The notes under the pieces are model-generated. The model saw only the letters and a program-made list of their open reading frames with translations. It was not told where the DNA came from and ran no database searches. Both the position numbers and the translations under genes were made by a program. From positions 8,862 to 72,861 of the forward strand of contig CAMAVZ010000007.1 of the NCBI GenBank assembly GCA_945861645.1: a DNA stretch of 64,000 bases, given 5' to 3'. This DNA is from Opitutus sp. GAS368. Its GTDB lineage: Bacteria; Verrucomicrobiota; Verrucomicrobiia; Opitutales; Opitutaceae. Below, piece after piece: positions 39,000 to 49,668 of this stretch. Positions within the stretch are counted from its first letter, which is position 1. The number at the start of each line of letters is the position of its first letter.

Positions 39000-40541
39000 A
39001 TGGCGGAAGAATCACGGCATCCTTTTTTGCATGGTCTGAGCAAGCACCGCGGCTCGCCGCCTACCGTTATCGTTATTTTTGGGGCATCGGGGGATTTAAC
39101 TGCGCGAAAATTAATTCCGGCTATTTACAATCTTGCCCACGATGGACTGCTGCCGGCAGATTTTTATTTGATCGGGATTGGGCGAAAGCCTATATCAGAT
39201 AAGGAATTTCAGCAGATCGCGGTTGAGGCGATTAAGGAATTTTCGCGCCGGGAGTTGAACCCTGAAGTTTGGGCCCGCCTCGCGCAACGCACGTTCTATT
39301 TGAGCGGAGGCTACGATGAAGCGGCTGCCTACGATCGGCTGACGCAGCGCATCGTGGCGCTGGAACATGAGGTCGGCCAGCCCCTGCAATCCTTGTTCTA
39401 TATCTCCACGCCGCCATCGCTTTTTTCGCCAATCTTAAAAAACTTAGGAGCGAGTGGGCTGGCGGCACGCTACGCGCAGCGAGCGCAGCGGACGAAAGTG
39501 ATCATCGAAAAACCTTTTGGCCGTGATCTCACTAGTGCCCAGGCGCTCAATCAGGAGCTGACGACGGTATTCACTGAAGCTCAAGTCTTCCGGATCGACC
39601 ATTACCTCGGCAAGGAAACGGTGCAGGATTTGCTCGTGCAGCGCTTCGCTAATTCGATTTTTGAGCCGCTCTGGAATCGCCATTATATTGAATCAGTGCA
39701 GATCACCGTTGCAGAAGAGGTGGGGGTTGGTTCCCGTGCTGGCTATTATGAGCAGAGCGGATGTTTGCGCGATATGATCCAGAATCATACGCTGCAACTC
39801 CTCGCGTTAATGGCGATGGAGCCTCCCGTCTCTTTTGACCCCGAATCGATTCGCGACGAAAAAGTAAAATTGCTCGCGGCCATTCAGCCGCTGCAACTCG
39901 GCGGCGACGCTCCGGACGTGGCTCGCGCTCAATATGCGGCGGGCATGATTGCCGGTGAGGCCGTGCCGGGCTATCTTGCCGAGCCGGCCGTGCCGGCTAA
40001 CTCGGCCACCGAAACTTACGCGGCCCTGCGCTTAAGTATTAACAACGCGCGCTGGGCGGGCGTGCCATTTTACTTGCGATCAGGCAAGCGCTTGGCCCGG
40101 CGCGTTAGCGAAATTTCTATTCGTTTCAAACGCGCCCCAGGAAATATTTTTGCCGAGACGGAGCGCTTCCACCTCGCGCCCAACACGCTCTCTTTTCAAA
40201 TTCAACCGGATGAGGGGTTAAGTCTCATCCTAAATGCTAAGGTTCCCGGTTTGGAGACGCGGACGCAGCCGGTGAAGATGAATTTTCGCTACGCCACTAC
40301 TTTTGGCTCGAACACCCCAGAGGCTTACGAGCGCCTCGTGCTTGATGCTATGATTGGTGATGGGACCCTCTTCATCCGGGGTGATGAAACTGAACGCTCG
40401 TGGCAATTGATTACTCCGCTGCTCGCTTATTGGGCGCAGCAGGGGCGCGCCGGCCTCGAGGCTTATCCGGCTGGATCATGGGGCCCGGCGAACGCCGCTG
40501 CCTTGCTGCAGGCTAACGGCCATACCTGGAGAGAGCCGTGA
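39000..40541 (+). CDS. zwf: Glucose-6-phosphate 1-dehydrogenase
   Basis: GASGDL, EKPFG, RIDHYLGKE, RDMIQNH, GVPFYLRSGK, AYERL. Confidence 0.97.
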   Translation: MAEESRHPFLHGLSKHRGSPPTVIVIFGASGDLTARKLIPAIYNLAHDGLLPADFYLIGIGRKPISDKEFQQIAVEAIKEFSRRELNPEVWARLAQRTFYLSGGYDEAAAYDRLTQRIVALEHEVGQPLQSLFYISTPPSLFSPILKNLGASGLAARYAQRAQRTKVIIEKPFGRDLTSAQALNQELTTVFTEAQVFRIDHYLGKETVQDLLVQRFANSIFEPLWNRHYIESVQITVAEEVGVGSRAGYYEQSGCLRDMIQNHTLQLLALMAMEPPVSFDPESIRDEKVKLLAAIQPLQLGGDAPDVARAQYAAGMIAGEAVPGYLAEPAVPANSATETYAALRLSINNARWAGVPFYLRSGKRLARRVSEISIRFKRAPGNIFAETERFHLAPNTLSFQIQPDEGLSLILNAKVPGLETRTQPVKMNFRYATTFGSNTPEAYERLVLDAMIGDGTLFIRGDETERSWQLITPLLAYWAQQGRAGLEAYPAGSWGPANAAALLQANGHTWREP

Positions 40542-40658
40542 GCGCAGGAAAGCTTGCCGCCCCTTCGCTGCGTGAGTCGGTTTTCCTCGCGGCGGCCCCG
40601 CGGCCACCGGATTTTTTTTGCGCCCTCAAATTCGCCCCTCCTTATTTTATTTCTGACG

Positions 40659-41624
40659 ATGCCTGCTTGCTTTAATGCCTTGCCGGGGATGGAGGTTCCC
40701 GTTGGCGCCATCGCTCGGGGATTTGATCAACTCTGGGCTGAGCCTAACGTGAGTGAGCAAAAGGCGCTACAGCTCAATCTCGTGCTGCATTTAGGCGTCG
40801 CTACTACGCCTACTGATGCCGTTAAGCAGTTCGCCGTCGCCCAACGCTTCGCGCAGCGCTACCCGTGTCGGGTTGTCGTGTTATGTCCGACTGAATCGGC
40901 CGAAAGTCCGCTCAAAATTAGGGCTAAAATTTACGGGGAATGTTTTTTTGGAAAAGCCAAAGATGATACGCGCTGCGTCGAATTTGTCGCCCTGAGTTAC
41001 CCGCCTGCCGCCAAAGCTTATTTGCAGGATCAAGTGTCCGTGTGTCTCGCAACTGACCTGCCCCTTTATTATTGGGCGCATCGCTTTGCTGCCAGCAAAC
41101 AGATGAGCGATTACCAATATTTACTCACGCGGGCGCAGCGGGTGATATTCGACAGCGCCATCGTTTCACCCGACGCGCTGAGCTTGGCCTGGCCCAATCT
41201 TTCGGCCGTCCGTGACCTCGCTTACACCCGTACGCTGTCGCTGCGCCAGAATCTCGGTCAATATCTTAGCCGTTATGCCCCGGAACTGATAATCACCGGA
41301 TTGCGATCAGTCACCATTCGGCATCGGGGGTCGCTGTCCGCTGAGGCAAATTGTTTGCTGCATTGGGTTAGAAAAGGGCTCGGGCGTTCTGGGGCGAGTG
41401 GCAATACCGCGCTTATTTTCACCGTGCAGCCGCTCGCGAGTGCGGGTGGTCTTTCCCTCGAATTTACGTACGCCACTTCCGAGAAAATGTTCCGCTGGAC
41501 GGCTGATTTGGATAAAAATTGCGCTGAATTCACGAGTGATCTTGGTCCAAGTCCATCCACCCAGATCGTCGGCGCGTACTTGTTATCCCCCGAGTTGGCG
41601 TTGAGTGAGGCTATGTTTTACTGA
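40659..41624 (+). CDS. opcA: Glucose-6-phosphate dehydrogenase assembly protein OpcA
   Basis: Directly follows zwf; PCRVVVL, DLPLYYW, RVIFDS, DLAYTR motifs of the OpcA family. Confidence 0.75.
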   Translation: MPACFNALPGMEVPVGAIARGFDQLWAEPNVSEQKALQLNLVLHLGVATTPTDAVKQFAVAQRFAQRYPCRVVVLCPTESAESPLKIRAKIYGECFFGKAKDDTRCVEFVALSYPPAAKAYLQDQVSVCLATDLPLYYWAHRFAASKQMSDYQYLLTRAQRVIFDSAIVSPDALSLAWPNLSAVRDLAYTRTLSLRQNLGQYLSRYAPELIITGLRSVTIRHRGSLSAEANCLLHWVRKGLGRSGASGNTALIFTVQPLASAGGLSLEFTYATSEKMFRWTADLDKNCAEFTSDLGPSPSTQIVGAYLLSPELALSEAMFY

Positions 41625-41875
41625 TCGGGGCTAACCGCCCGCCCGGTGCGATGAGGGGCTAGTCTTCTGGCCAGCCGCGAAAGCGGCTGGATTCAGCGAC
41701 TGCCGCACTGGCCAATCCCAGAGTTCGGGCCTAACCGTATAATCGTCTAAAATAATTCTGCCGGTGACTACCGTGGGCGCGGAAGTAGGCTGCCGCGATT
41801 GTTACAAAAGGGTAGGCGATGCGGCCGCGGCGCCGCCAGTTACCTTGCGCTAAGAGATTGGTCCCCAGCGGAACT

Positions 41876-43159
41876 TTAGTCGGTTACCTTCAGCACCACG
41901 TAACTTTTTTTGCCTTTGCGCAGGAGGAGATATTTTCCAAACAGCAAATCACTCGCAGTGACGAGCTTCGTATGGTCAGCCACCCGGATGTTATTTAAAT
42001 AAATGCCACCCGCTTCGAGGTCCTTCCGGGCGGCGCCTTTGGAAGGGGCTAAGCCAGCTAGGACAATCAGCTCAGTCATAGCTATCCCCGGGGCGGCGAG
42101 CGTATCTTTGGCCAGCTCTTTCGTCGGCACTTCGCCGACGATATCTTGAAACAGAGCGGCGTTGATCCCCTCGAGCGATCCACCGAAAAGAATTTCCGTC
42201 GCCTTTAAGGCCGTGGCGACGGCCTCCGCGCCGTGCACGAGCGTGGTCATGGCTTGCGCTAAAGATTTTTGGGCAACGCGTCCGCCTGGATTAGCTTTAA
42301 GTTCGCTCTCGAGTGCAGCGATCTCCGCTGGCGCAAGAAAAGTCAGCGTCTTGAGCAGCTTGACCACATCAGCGTCGTCCGTGTTGACGAAAAATTGGTA
42401 GAAACGATAGGGACTGGTTTTTTTGGGATCCAGCCAGACTGTTCCCGTGGCGGTTTTCCCATATTTGGAGCCATCCGCTTTCGTCAGCAGAGGGAACACG
42501 AGGCCCCAGACGGTCGCGCCAAGTTTTTTGCGAGTCAGTTCCGTCCCAACGGTAATATTGCCCCACTGGTCCGTGGCGCCGACTTGCAGCTCACAGTTAA
42601 AAACTTTTTTGAGGTGCTGAAAATCAAAGCCCTGCAGCAGCATGTAGCTGAATTCGGTAAAGCTGATTCCGGTACTCCGATCTTCCATGCGCGATCGGAC
42701 AGAATCCTTGGCGATCATGGAATTAACCGTGAGGTGCTTGCCGATATCGCGAAGGAATTCGAGAAAAGTCACTTGGCCGGTCCAGTCATAATTATTGACG
42801 ACGCGGGCCGGGTTATGCGCGCCGGTGAAATCCAGGAAGCGTGCTAGCTGAGGTTTTATGCACGCCAGATTATGCTCCAGTTGGGCGGCGGTCTGCAGGT
42901 TACGCTCATCTGATTTTCCTGAAGGATCGCCGACCATACCGGTGGCGCCACCGGCAAGGGCGATCGGATGGTGCCCGTGCTGCTGAAAGCGCCGCAACGC
43001 TAGGAGCGGGACGAGGTTGCCAACATGCAAGGAATCGGCGGTGGGATCAAAACCGCAATAGAGCGTGATGGGGCCTTCGGCTAAGCGCTTCGCGAGCGCC
43101 TCGCGGTCAGTGCAGTCGGCGTAGAGGCCTCGCCATTCGAGTTCGTCCAAAATCGTCAT
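41876..43159 (-). CDS. tyrS: Tyrosine--tRNA ligase
   Basis: YCGFDPTADSLHVGN, EFSYMLLQ, DQWGNI, KYGKT, S4-like C-terminus LRKGKK. Confidence 0.97.
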   Translation of the reverse strand: MTILDELEWRGLYADCTDREALAKRLAEGPITLYCGFDPTADSLHVGNLVPLLALRRFQQHGHHPIALAGGATGMVGDPSGKSDERNLQTAAQLEHNLACIKPQLARFLDFTGAHNPARVVNNYDWTGQVTFLEFLRDIGKHLTVNSMIAKDSVRSRMEDRSTGISFTEFSYMLLQGFDFQHLKKVFNCELQVGATDQWGNITVGTELTRKKLGATVWGLVFPLLTKADGSKYGKTATGTVWLDPKKTSPYRFYQFFVNTDDADVVKLLKTLTFLAPAEIAALESELKANPGGRVAQKSLAQAMTTLVHGAEAVATALKATEILFGGSLEGINAALFQDIVGEVPTKELAKDTLAAPGIAMTELIVLAGLAPSKGAARKDLEAGGIYLNNIRVADHTKLVTASDLLFGKYLLLRKGKKSYVVLKVTD

Positions 43160-43395
43160 GGAATGCTCGTTGTTATCAGCGGCGGTGATCGGAGTGGCAA
43201 GGGGGATTTCTGGACGTTGCTGGGTCGCTAGACCGAGCGGTTATACTAGTAGAACTTATACGCGACCTGCTTGTTTTATTAACTACCTTCATAACTACCT
43301 AAAATGGGTTGCCGGCCAGAGGTGGGTGGTATTAGTATTTTGTTCCACGCGACGGGTCGCCGTCGTTCAACCATCATTCACTAATCCTCTTCTCT

Positions 43396-43869
43396 ATGCC
43401 TATTGCCATCGGTGCCAAAGCCCCAGATTTCACCCTTAAGTCCAAAGCCGCAGATGGTCTTAAAGACATCACGCTCAGTGCTAATTTCGGCCAGAAGCAG
43501 ACCGTTCTCCTTTTCTTCCCCTTAGCCTTCACGGGGGTCTGCACGCAGGAAATGTGCGACGTCACCAGTGGCTTATCAGCCTATGCCAGTCTCGGGGCCG
43601 ACGTGATTGCGATCAGTGTAGACAGTCCCTTCGCTCAAGAAGCTTGGGCGAAAACTAATAAAATTACGGTCACGATCGTCAGCGACCTCAATAAAACGGT
43701 TACGAAGGCTTATGATGTGCTCTTCCCGATGCTCGCTGGCGTGGGTGATACTTCCGCGCGCGCGGCCTTCGTTATCGGCAAGGATGGGGTGGTAAAATAT
43801 GCGGAGCAGACCGCGACGCCGAAGGATTTACCAAACTTTGCTGCCGTTAAAGCCGCCCTGGCCCAGTAA
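43396..43869 (+). CDS. Peroxiredoxin (AhpC/TSA, AhpE-like)
   Basis: APDFTL, FFPLAFTGVCTQEMC, ISVDSPF, RAAFVI. Confidence 0.9.
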   Translation: MPIAIGAKAPDFTLKSKAADGLKDITLSANFGQKQTVLLFFPLAFTGVCTQEMCDVTSGLSAYASLGADVIAISVDSPFAQEAWAKTNKITVTIVSDLNKTVTKAYDVLFPMLAGVGDTSARAAFVIGKDGVVKYAEQTATPKDLPNFAAVKAALAQ

Positions 43870-43962
43870 TTTATAGGGCCGAGTCTGCTGGTTCGCGCTG
43901 CTTGATGCTAGCCAGCAGCTCGTCCCTGATCCGCTTCCGTCATCCGCCTAGAGCAATTTTTC

Positions 43963-46641
43963 ATGAGCAATCCGCCTAATCCGTTTAATACCTTACAGAC
44001 TTTTGCCAACGGCAAGCGCTTCTACTCGTTGCCGGCACTTGAGCAAGCGGGTTTCCCGATTGCTCGTTTACCGGTGAGCATTCGCCTCGTCCTTGAGGCG
44101 GTGTTGCGGAACTGCGATGGGCAGCGCGTCTTGGAGTCAAATATCCGCGAACTCGCCGCGTGGAAACCCACGGAGCCTCGGACCGCCGAAATTCCCTTCG
44201 TGGTCGCGCGGATTGTGCTCCAAGATTTTACTGGAGTGCCCTTGCTCGTTGATCTGGCCGCGATGCGCTCGGCGGTCGCTAAGTTGGGCAAAAATCCTAA
44301 AATTATTGAACCACTCGTGCCAGTTGACCTCGTCGTTGACCACTCGGTGCAAGTCGATTTTTCCGGTAGTGCTACGGCCCTCGCCCAGAATCTTGATTTG
44401 GAATTTACCCGAAATCGTGAGCGCTATGAATTTTTGAAATGGGGCATGCAGGCCTTCGAAACTTTTAAGGTTGTGCCGCCCGGCATCGGGATCGTGCATC
44501 AAGTGAATCTTGAATATCTCGCGCAAGGCGTGCTCAGCCAAGGTGACGTCTACTATCCTGATACGCTCGTCGGCACCGATTCGCATACGACCATGATTAA
44601 TGGTCTTGGCATTGTGGGTTGGGGCGTTGGCGGAATTGAAGCGGAAGCCGGCATGCTCGGTCAGCCCGTTTATTTTCTCACGCCCGATGTGGTGGGCGTC
44701 TATCTGACGGGCGCACTCAAGGAAGGGGTGACCGCAACCGATCTCGCGCTGACCGTCACGCAGGTGATGCGCAAGGCCAAGGTGGTCGGCAAGTTCGTCG
44801 AATTTTATGGCCCCGGCGCCGCGGCGCTACCAGTGGTCGATCGCGCGATGATTGCCAATATGGCGCCAGAATACGGCGCCACGATGGGCTTCTTCCCCAT
44901 TGATGAAGAGTGCAGCAATTTCCTCCGGGCGACGGGACGAACGGATGCCCAGATAGCCACCTACGAAGCTTATTATAAGGCGCAGGGCCTTTGGGGTATT
45001 CCCGCGCGGGGAGCGATCGATTACTCGCAGGTCATCGAACTCGACCTCGGCGCCGTGGTGCCGAGTGTCGCTGGTCCGAAGCGGCCGCAAGATCGCATTG
45101 AGTTAAAAAATCTTAAGCAGGAATTTATCAGCGCCTTCTCTAAGCCCATCACTGAAGCTGGCTTTGGCAAAAAAGCCGAAGATTTCACGACGGTCAGCGC
45201 TCAAGTGAACGGTCAGAAGGTTGGCCATGGTTCGGTCCTAATCGCGGCCATCACGAGCTGCACTAATACGTCCAACCCGAGCGTGATGCTCGCGGCTGGT
45301 TTACTGGCGAAAAAGGCGGTCGCCAAGGGACTCAAGGTAAATCCTGCCGTAAAGTCGTCACTGGCGCCTGGCTCACGAGTGGTGACCGATTATCTTAACA
45401 AGACGGGCTTGACCCCTTATCTCGACCAACTCGGCTTCCAGACGGTCGGCTACGGTTGCACCACTTGCATCGGCAATTCTGGACCTCTCGTGGCCGCCAT
45501 TGAGGAGGCGGTAGTTAAGCATGACCTCGTGGCGGCCTCTGTGCTTTCTGGTAATCGTAATTTTGAGGCCCGCGTGCATCAAAATATTAAGGCTAATTTC
45601 TTGATGTCGCCGCCCCTCGTCGTGGCTTTCGCGCTCGCCGGGCGAGTTGATATTGACATGGCCCATGAGCCGATTGGGCAAGATCAGGCCGGGACGAATG
45701 TTTATCTTAAAGATTTATGGCCGACGCTGCAGGAGGTGCGCGACCAGATGGCGGCGGCGCTCAAACCAGAAGTCTTCCGTCGACTCTACACTGATTTTGC
45801 GGCGCAAAATCCAAAGTGGAATGAAATTCCTGCGACCACGGGTAATGTCTACGTTTTTGCGGCTGCTTCCACTTATATTCAGGAGCCGCCGTTTTTTACT
45901 CATTTTTCGATGCAGCCGGGGCGGATCGCCGAAATTAAAAGCGCCCGCGCTCTCGGTATTTTTGGTGATAGCGTAACGACCGACCATATTTCACCAGCGG
46001 GCGCGATTAAGCAGCATTCGCCGGCGGGCCAATATTTATTGGCGAACGGCGTCACCTTCGAGAATTTCAATAGCTACGGCTCACGCCGCGGCAATGATCG
46101 CGTGATGACGCGCGGCACGTTTGCGAACGTCCGCATTAAAAATCTAATGTTGGGTGGTGAAGAGGGGGGCAATACCATTGGGCCGGATGGCGCCAAAACT
46201 TCCATCTACGACGCCTCGATGGCTTACCAGAAAGCGGGCACCCCTCTCATCATCCTGGCTGGACAAGAATACGGCACGGGTTCGTCGCGGGATTGGGCGG
46301 CCAAGGGCACCAACTTGCTGGGGGTGAAAGTTGTCGTGGCGCAAAGTTTTGAGCGGATTCACCGTTCGAACTTAGTTGGCATGGGGGTTTTGCCCCTGCA
46401 ATTTAAGGAGGGCACCACGGCGCAAACCCTCAAGCTTGATGGCACTGAAAGCTACGACGTCGTGGGTCTGACCGCGGCGATCAAACCGCAGCAAGATCTG
46501 AATCTTAAAATTACTCGGCGAGATGGTACGGTAGAAGATGTTGCCGTGCGGTGTCGCATCGATACGCCAATCGAAATTGAATATTATCAACACGGGGGAA
46601 TTTTACCCTACGTGCTGCGCCAGATTGTAGCGAAGAATTAA
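43963..46641 (+). CDS. acnA: Aconitate hydratase A
   Basis: [50 protein letters not shown]. Confidence 0.97.
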   Translation: MSNPPNPFNTLQTFANGKRFYSLPALEQAGFPIARLPVSIRLVLEAVLRNCDGQRVLESNIRELAAWKPTEPRTAEIPFVVARIVLQDFTGVPLLVDLAAMRSAVAKLGKNPKIIEPLVPVDLVVDHSVQVDFSGSATALAQNLDLEFTRNRERYEFLKWGMQAFETFKVVPPGIGIVHQVNLEYLAQGVLSQGDVYYPDTLVGTDSHTTMINGLGIVGWGVGGIEAEAGMLGQPVYFLTPDVVGVYLTGALKEGVTATDLALTVTQVMRKAKVVGKFVEFYGPGAAALPVVDRAMIANMAPEYGATMGFFPIDEECSNFLRATGRTDAQIATYEAYYKAQGLWGIPARGAIDYSQVIELDLGAVVPSVAGPKRPQDRIELKNLKQEFISAFSKPITEAGFGKKAEDFTTVSAQVNGQKVGHGSVLIAAITSCTNTSNPSVMLAAGLLAKKAVAKGLKVNPAVKSSLAPGSRVVTDYLNKTGLTPYLDQLGFQTVGYGCTTCIGNSGPLVAAIEEAVVKHDLVAASVLSGNRNFEARVHQNIKANFLMSPPLVVAFALAGRVDIDMAHEPIGQDQAGTNVYLKDLWPTLQEVRDQMAAALKPEVFRRLYTDFAAQNPKWNEIPATTGNVYVFAAASTYIQEPPFFTHFSMQPGRIAEIKSARALGIFGDSVTTDHISPAGAIKQHSPAGQYLLANGVTFENFNSYGSRRGNDRVMTRGTFANVRIKNLMLGGEEGGNTIGPDGAKTSIYDASMAYQKAGTPLIILAGQEYGTGSSRDWAAKGTNLLGVKVVVAQSFERIHRSNLVGMGVLPLQFKEGTTAQTLKLDGTESYDVVGLTAAIKPQQDLNLKITRRDGTVEDVAVRCRIDTPIEIEYYQHGGILPYVLRQIVAKN

Positions 46642-46766
46642 ATAGGGTCGGGTGGCCGGATTATCCCCGCGTCCACTGCCTTAGCTAGCGGCACTGCCTC
46701 CGCTCGCTCTAGCTCTGTGCAAATCCCGTTTGCGTTCACCTTTTTAGTCACCATCGTTTAGTTTAC

Positions 46767-48014
46767 ATGCCTTCGACTAGCCCAACGACCCCGCTCGGTG
46801 TTTTGCCTCCCTCGGTGGGCCCCGCGCATTTGCCGGATGCCGCGGGACACTTCGGGCCTTACGGCGGCGTCTTTGTCCCTGAAACTCTCATGACAGCGCT
46901 GGCTGAACTTACGGCGGTCTATGAGCAGGCCCGGGAAGATCCAGTTTTTCAGAATGAGTTGGCTCATCATCTCAAGGAATTTGCGGGACGTCCCACGGAG
47001 CTTTATTTAGCGGAGCGGCTGACGCAGCATTGTGGCGGCGCGAAAATATATTTTAAGCGGGAGGATCTCTTGCACACCGGCGCGCATAAAATTAATAATG
47101 CGCTCGGCCAAGCTTTGCTCGCGAAGCGGATGGGTAAAAAAAGAATCATTGCCGAGACCGGAGCGGGCCAGCACGGCGTAGCGACCGCGGCCGTATGTGC
47201 AAAATTCGGCTTAGAATGCACGGTTTACATGGGCTCGGTCGATATGGCGCGCCAAGCCTTGAATGTTTTTCGGATGCGCTTGATGGGCGCTCAGGTCGTC
47301 GCCGTTGAAGCGGGTCAGAAGACGCTCAAAGACGCCGTTAATGAGGCGATGCGCGATTGGGTCACCAATGTTCGCGATACCCACTACATTCTAGGCTCCG
47401 CGCTCGGATCGCACCCGTATCCGATGATGGTGCGAGATTTTCACCGCGTGATTGGTCGCGAATTGCGGGTGCAACTTCTAGCGCGCGAAGGGCGTCTCCC
47501 CGATGAATTGGTGGCCTGTGTTGGTGGGGGGAGTAATGCGATGGGCTGTTTTTTTGATTTTCTTGAAGATAAAGCAGTCAAATTAACCGGCGTCGAAGCC
47601 GGCGGACGCGGCATCGTGCGCGGCGAGCACGCCGCCCGATTTGAAGGGGGCAAGCTCGGCGTACTGCAGGGCAGCAAGACTTACATTTTACAAAATCCTG
47701 ACGGCCAGATCGAGTTGACGCACTCAGTGAGCGCCGGGCTGGACTATGCGGCCATCGGACCTGAGCACGCTTATTATCGGGACCAAGGCCGGATTGGTTA
47801 CGCTTACGCCACCGATGATGAGGTTATGGCAGCTTTTCAGCTTTGCTCCCGTTTGGAGGGGATTATTCCCGCGCTCGAGTCCACCCACGCTTTAGTTTAT
47901 GGTCTAAAGCGCGCCAAAGAGATGCAGCCGGAGCAAATTCTAGTGATTAATCTCAGCGGGCGCGGCGACAAGGATGTCCAACAAGTTGCCGCGCTCCTCG
48001 CGGCGAGCAAATAG
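46767..48014 (+). CDS. trpB: Tryptophan synthase beta chain
   Basis: [47 protein letters not shown]. Confidence 0.97.
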   Translation: MPSTSPTTPLGVLPPSVGPAHLPDAAGHFGPYGGVFVPETLMTALAELTAVYEQAREDPVFQNELAHHLKEFAGRPTELYLAERLTQHCGGAKIYFKREDLLHTGAHKINNALGQALLAKRMGKKRIIAETGAGQHGVATAAVCAKFGLECTVYMGSVDMARQALNVFRMRLMGAQVVAVEAGQKTLKDAVNEAMRDWVTNVRDTHYILGSALGSHPYPMMVRDFHRVIGRELRVQLLAREGRLPDELVACVGGGSNAMGCFFDFLEDKAVKLTGVEAGGRGIVRGEHAARFEGGKLGVLQGSKTYILQNPDGQIELTHSVSAGLDYAAIGPEHAYYRDQGRIGYAYATDDEVMAAFQLCSRLEGIIPALESTHALVYGLKRAKEMQPEQILVINLSGRGDKDVQQVAALLAASK

Positions 48015-48170
48015 TTAGAGAAAAACTCCAAGGCTCGACTGATCGGATGCGTGGACTCTGCCGTGGGCTTTTGATCGCGTGGCTCCCTTAGAAAGTCGGC
48101 GAACCTTGAAAGTAGCGTAAGGGGTGGCCTGGTCTTGCCTCTGGGCCGCTGTTGGCCGTTACTTCTGATC

Positions 48171-49040
48171 ATGAATTCCATGACTGGCTATGGGCGGGCG
48201 ACCGCTTCTCTGGGTAACCTGACCTTGACCGTGCAGATCAACTCGGTGAATCGCCGTGGGCTCGATTTGACGCTGAAGCTGCCAGATGAATGGCAAGCTT
48301 TTGAGTCCAGCGTGGGTGAAGCGGTCCGCAAAGTAGCCCTTCGCGGTAAGGTGCATGTCGCGGTCGAGGTAACGGGAAAAGCTACCGCCACGGCGGATTG
48401 GGATCAGGCGGCGGTCGCTACCACGCTGGAGCAGCTCGCGCTCCTGGCTCAGGCGCGGGGAATTAAATTTTCCCCAACGAGTGAATTGCTATGGCAGATT
48501 GCCAACGCGCAACGCACGAGCGCTCAGCTGCCCGCCGACGCAGCTACGGCAAAGCTCCTCGAAAAGACGCTGGGCGAGGCGTTGCGTGGCTTTGCGGCGA
48601 TGCGCGCTCGCGAGGGCGAAGCGCTCTTGGTTGATTTCATGGGGCGTTTTGAAAAATTGCAGCTGGCCGTTGCGACGATTGCGCATCGGGCGCCGCTCGT
48701 ACCGGTCGCTTATCGCGATCTCTTGTTACAGCGATTGCGTCAGCTTGAGCTGACGCTCGACATTACCGATGAGCGCGTACTCAAGGAGGTCGCTTTATTT
48801 GCTGATCGGTGCGATGTGACGGAAGAAATCACTCGCCTGCGGAGTCATTTCACTCAGTTCATCGAGTTGCTCCGCGCGGCGGGTGAAGTGGGCCGAAAAG
48901 CTGAATTCATTCTACAGGAAATTGGGCGAGAAATTCACACGATCGGCAGTAAGGCTAATGACCTAGCGGTTTCGCGTCAGGTGATTGAGTTTAAAAATGA
49001 ACTTGAGCGCGTCCGGGAGCAAATGGCTAACGTCGAGTAA
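48171..49040 (+). CDS. yicC: YicC/YloC family endoribonuclease
   Basis: SMTGYG, SVNRR, EEITRL.SH, GRK.EFILQE..RE..TIGSK, REQMANVE. Confidence 0.92.
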   Translation: MNSMTGYGRATASLGNLTLTVQINSVNRRGLDLTLKLPDEWQAFESSVGEAVRKVALRGKVHVAVEVTGKATATADWDQAAVATTLEQLALLAQARGIKFSPTSELLWQIANAQRTSAQLPADAATAKLLEKTLGEALRGFAAMRAREGEALLVDFMGRFEKLQLAVATIAHRAPLVPVAYRDLLLQRLRQLELTLDITDERVLKEVALFADRCDVTEEITRLRSHFTQFIELLRAAGEVGRKAEFILQEIGREIHTIGSKANDLAVSRQVIEFKNELERVREQMANVE

Positions 49041-49096
49041 GCGGCGCTGTTTTGCGGCTGATTCATTCGAACCCCGTCGCTTGACCGCGGGACTAC

Positions 49097-49642
49097 TTAC
49101 TCTGCTCGGCCGAGAGCTGGCTGCCGAATCGACCAGAGAATATACCAAAAAACTCCCACGCAGATCGCGGAGTCGGCTACGTTGAATGTTGGATAGATAT
49201 ACGTTCCAAAGTGGAGATCGATGAAATCGATAACGTATTGATAAACGAGCCGGTCGATAAGATTCCCGCTAATCCCACCACAGAGGAGGCCAAAAATTAA
49301 TTGGCCCGTGGGCTCGCTTAAACCGAGGGCCTGGCGCCAGACGAAAATAGCGACCAGCGTAGCGGCTGCCACTAACGCCAGTACCGTACTTTGGCCCGCA
49401 AACATACTCCAAGCCGCCCCCGTATTGCCGACGTGAACTAAATTAAAGAAGCCGGGAAAGATAGGGATTCCCGCAGACCCGTAACTACCCAAGGGCAGTC
49501 GCGTGTTGATCCAATATTTTGTTAATTGGTCGAGGGCTAAGATGAGTCCGCCCAACAGCCAAAATCTTCGATAACTGATTCCGCGCAGTAAGAGCGAGGC
49601 GGGTTCCTCGCGGTTATCGTCCTGGCTAGGCTGCGCCGACAT
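49097..49642 (-). CDS. lspA: Signal peptidase II
   Basis: DQLTK, NTGAAWS, GNLIDR, VIDFID, FNVADSAI. Confidence 0.95.
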   Translation of the reverse strand: MSAQPSQDDNREEPASLLLRGISYRRFWLLGGLILALDQLTKYWINTRLPLGSYGSAGIPIFPGFFNLVHVGNTGAAWSMFAGQSTVLALVAAATLVAIFVWRQALGLSEPTGQLIFGLLCGGISGNLIDRLVYQYVIDFIDLHFGTYIYPTFNVADSAICVGVFWYILWSIRQPALGRAE

Positions 49643-49668
49643 TGCGTGAAATTCTAGCGACTGGCGGC

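Noticed and set aside
43160..43395. T-box riboswitch upstream of tyrS (also considered for ileS)
   Set aside because: No T-box consensus or terminator is visible on the minus strand, and the ileS upstream gap is only about 74 bp.
46642..46766. trp attenuator upstream of the stand-alone trpB
   Set aside because: No leader ORF with tandem Trp codons and no convincing terminator hairpin.
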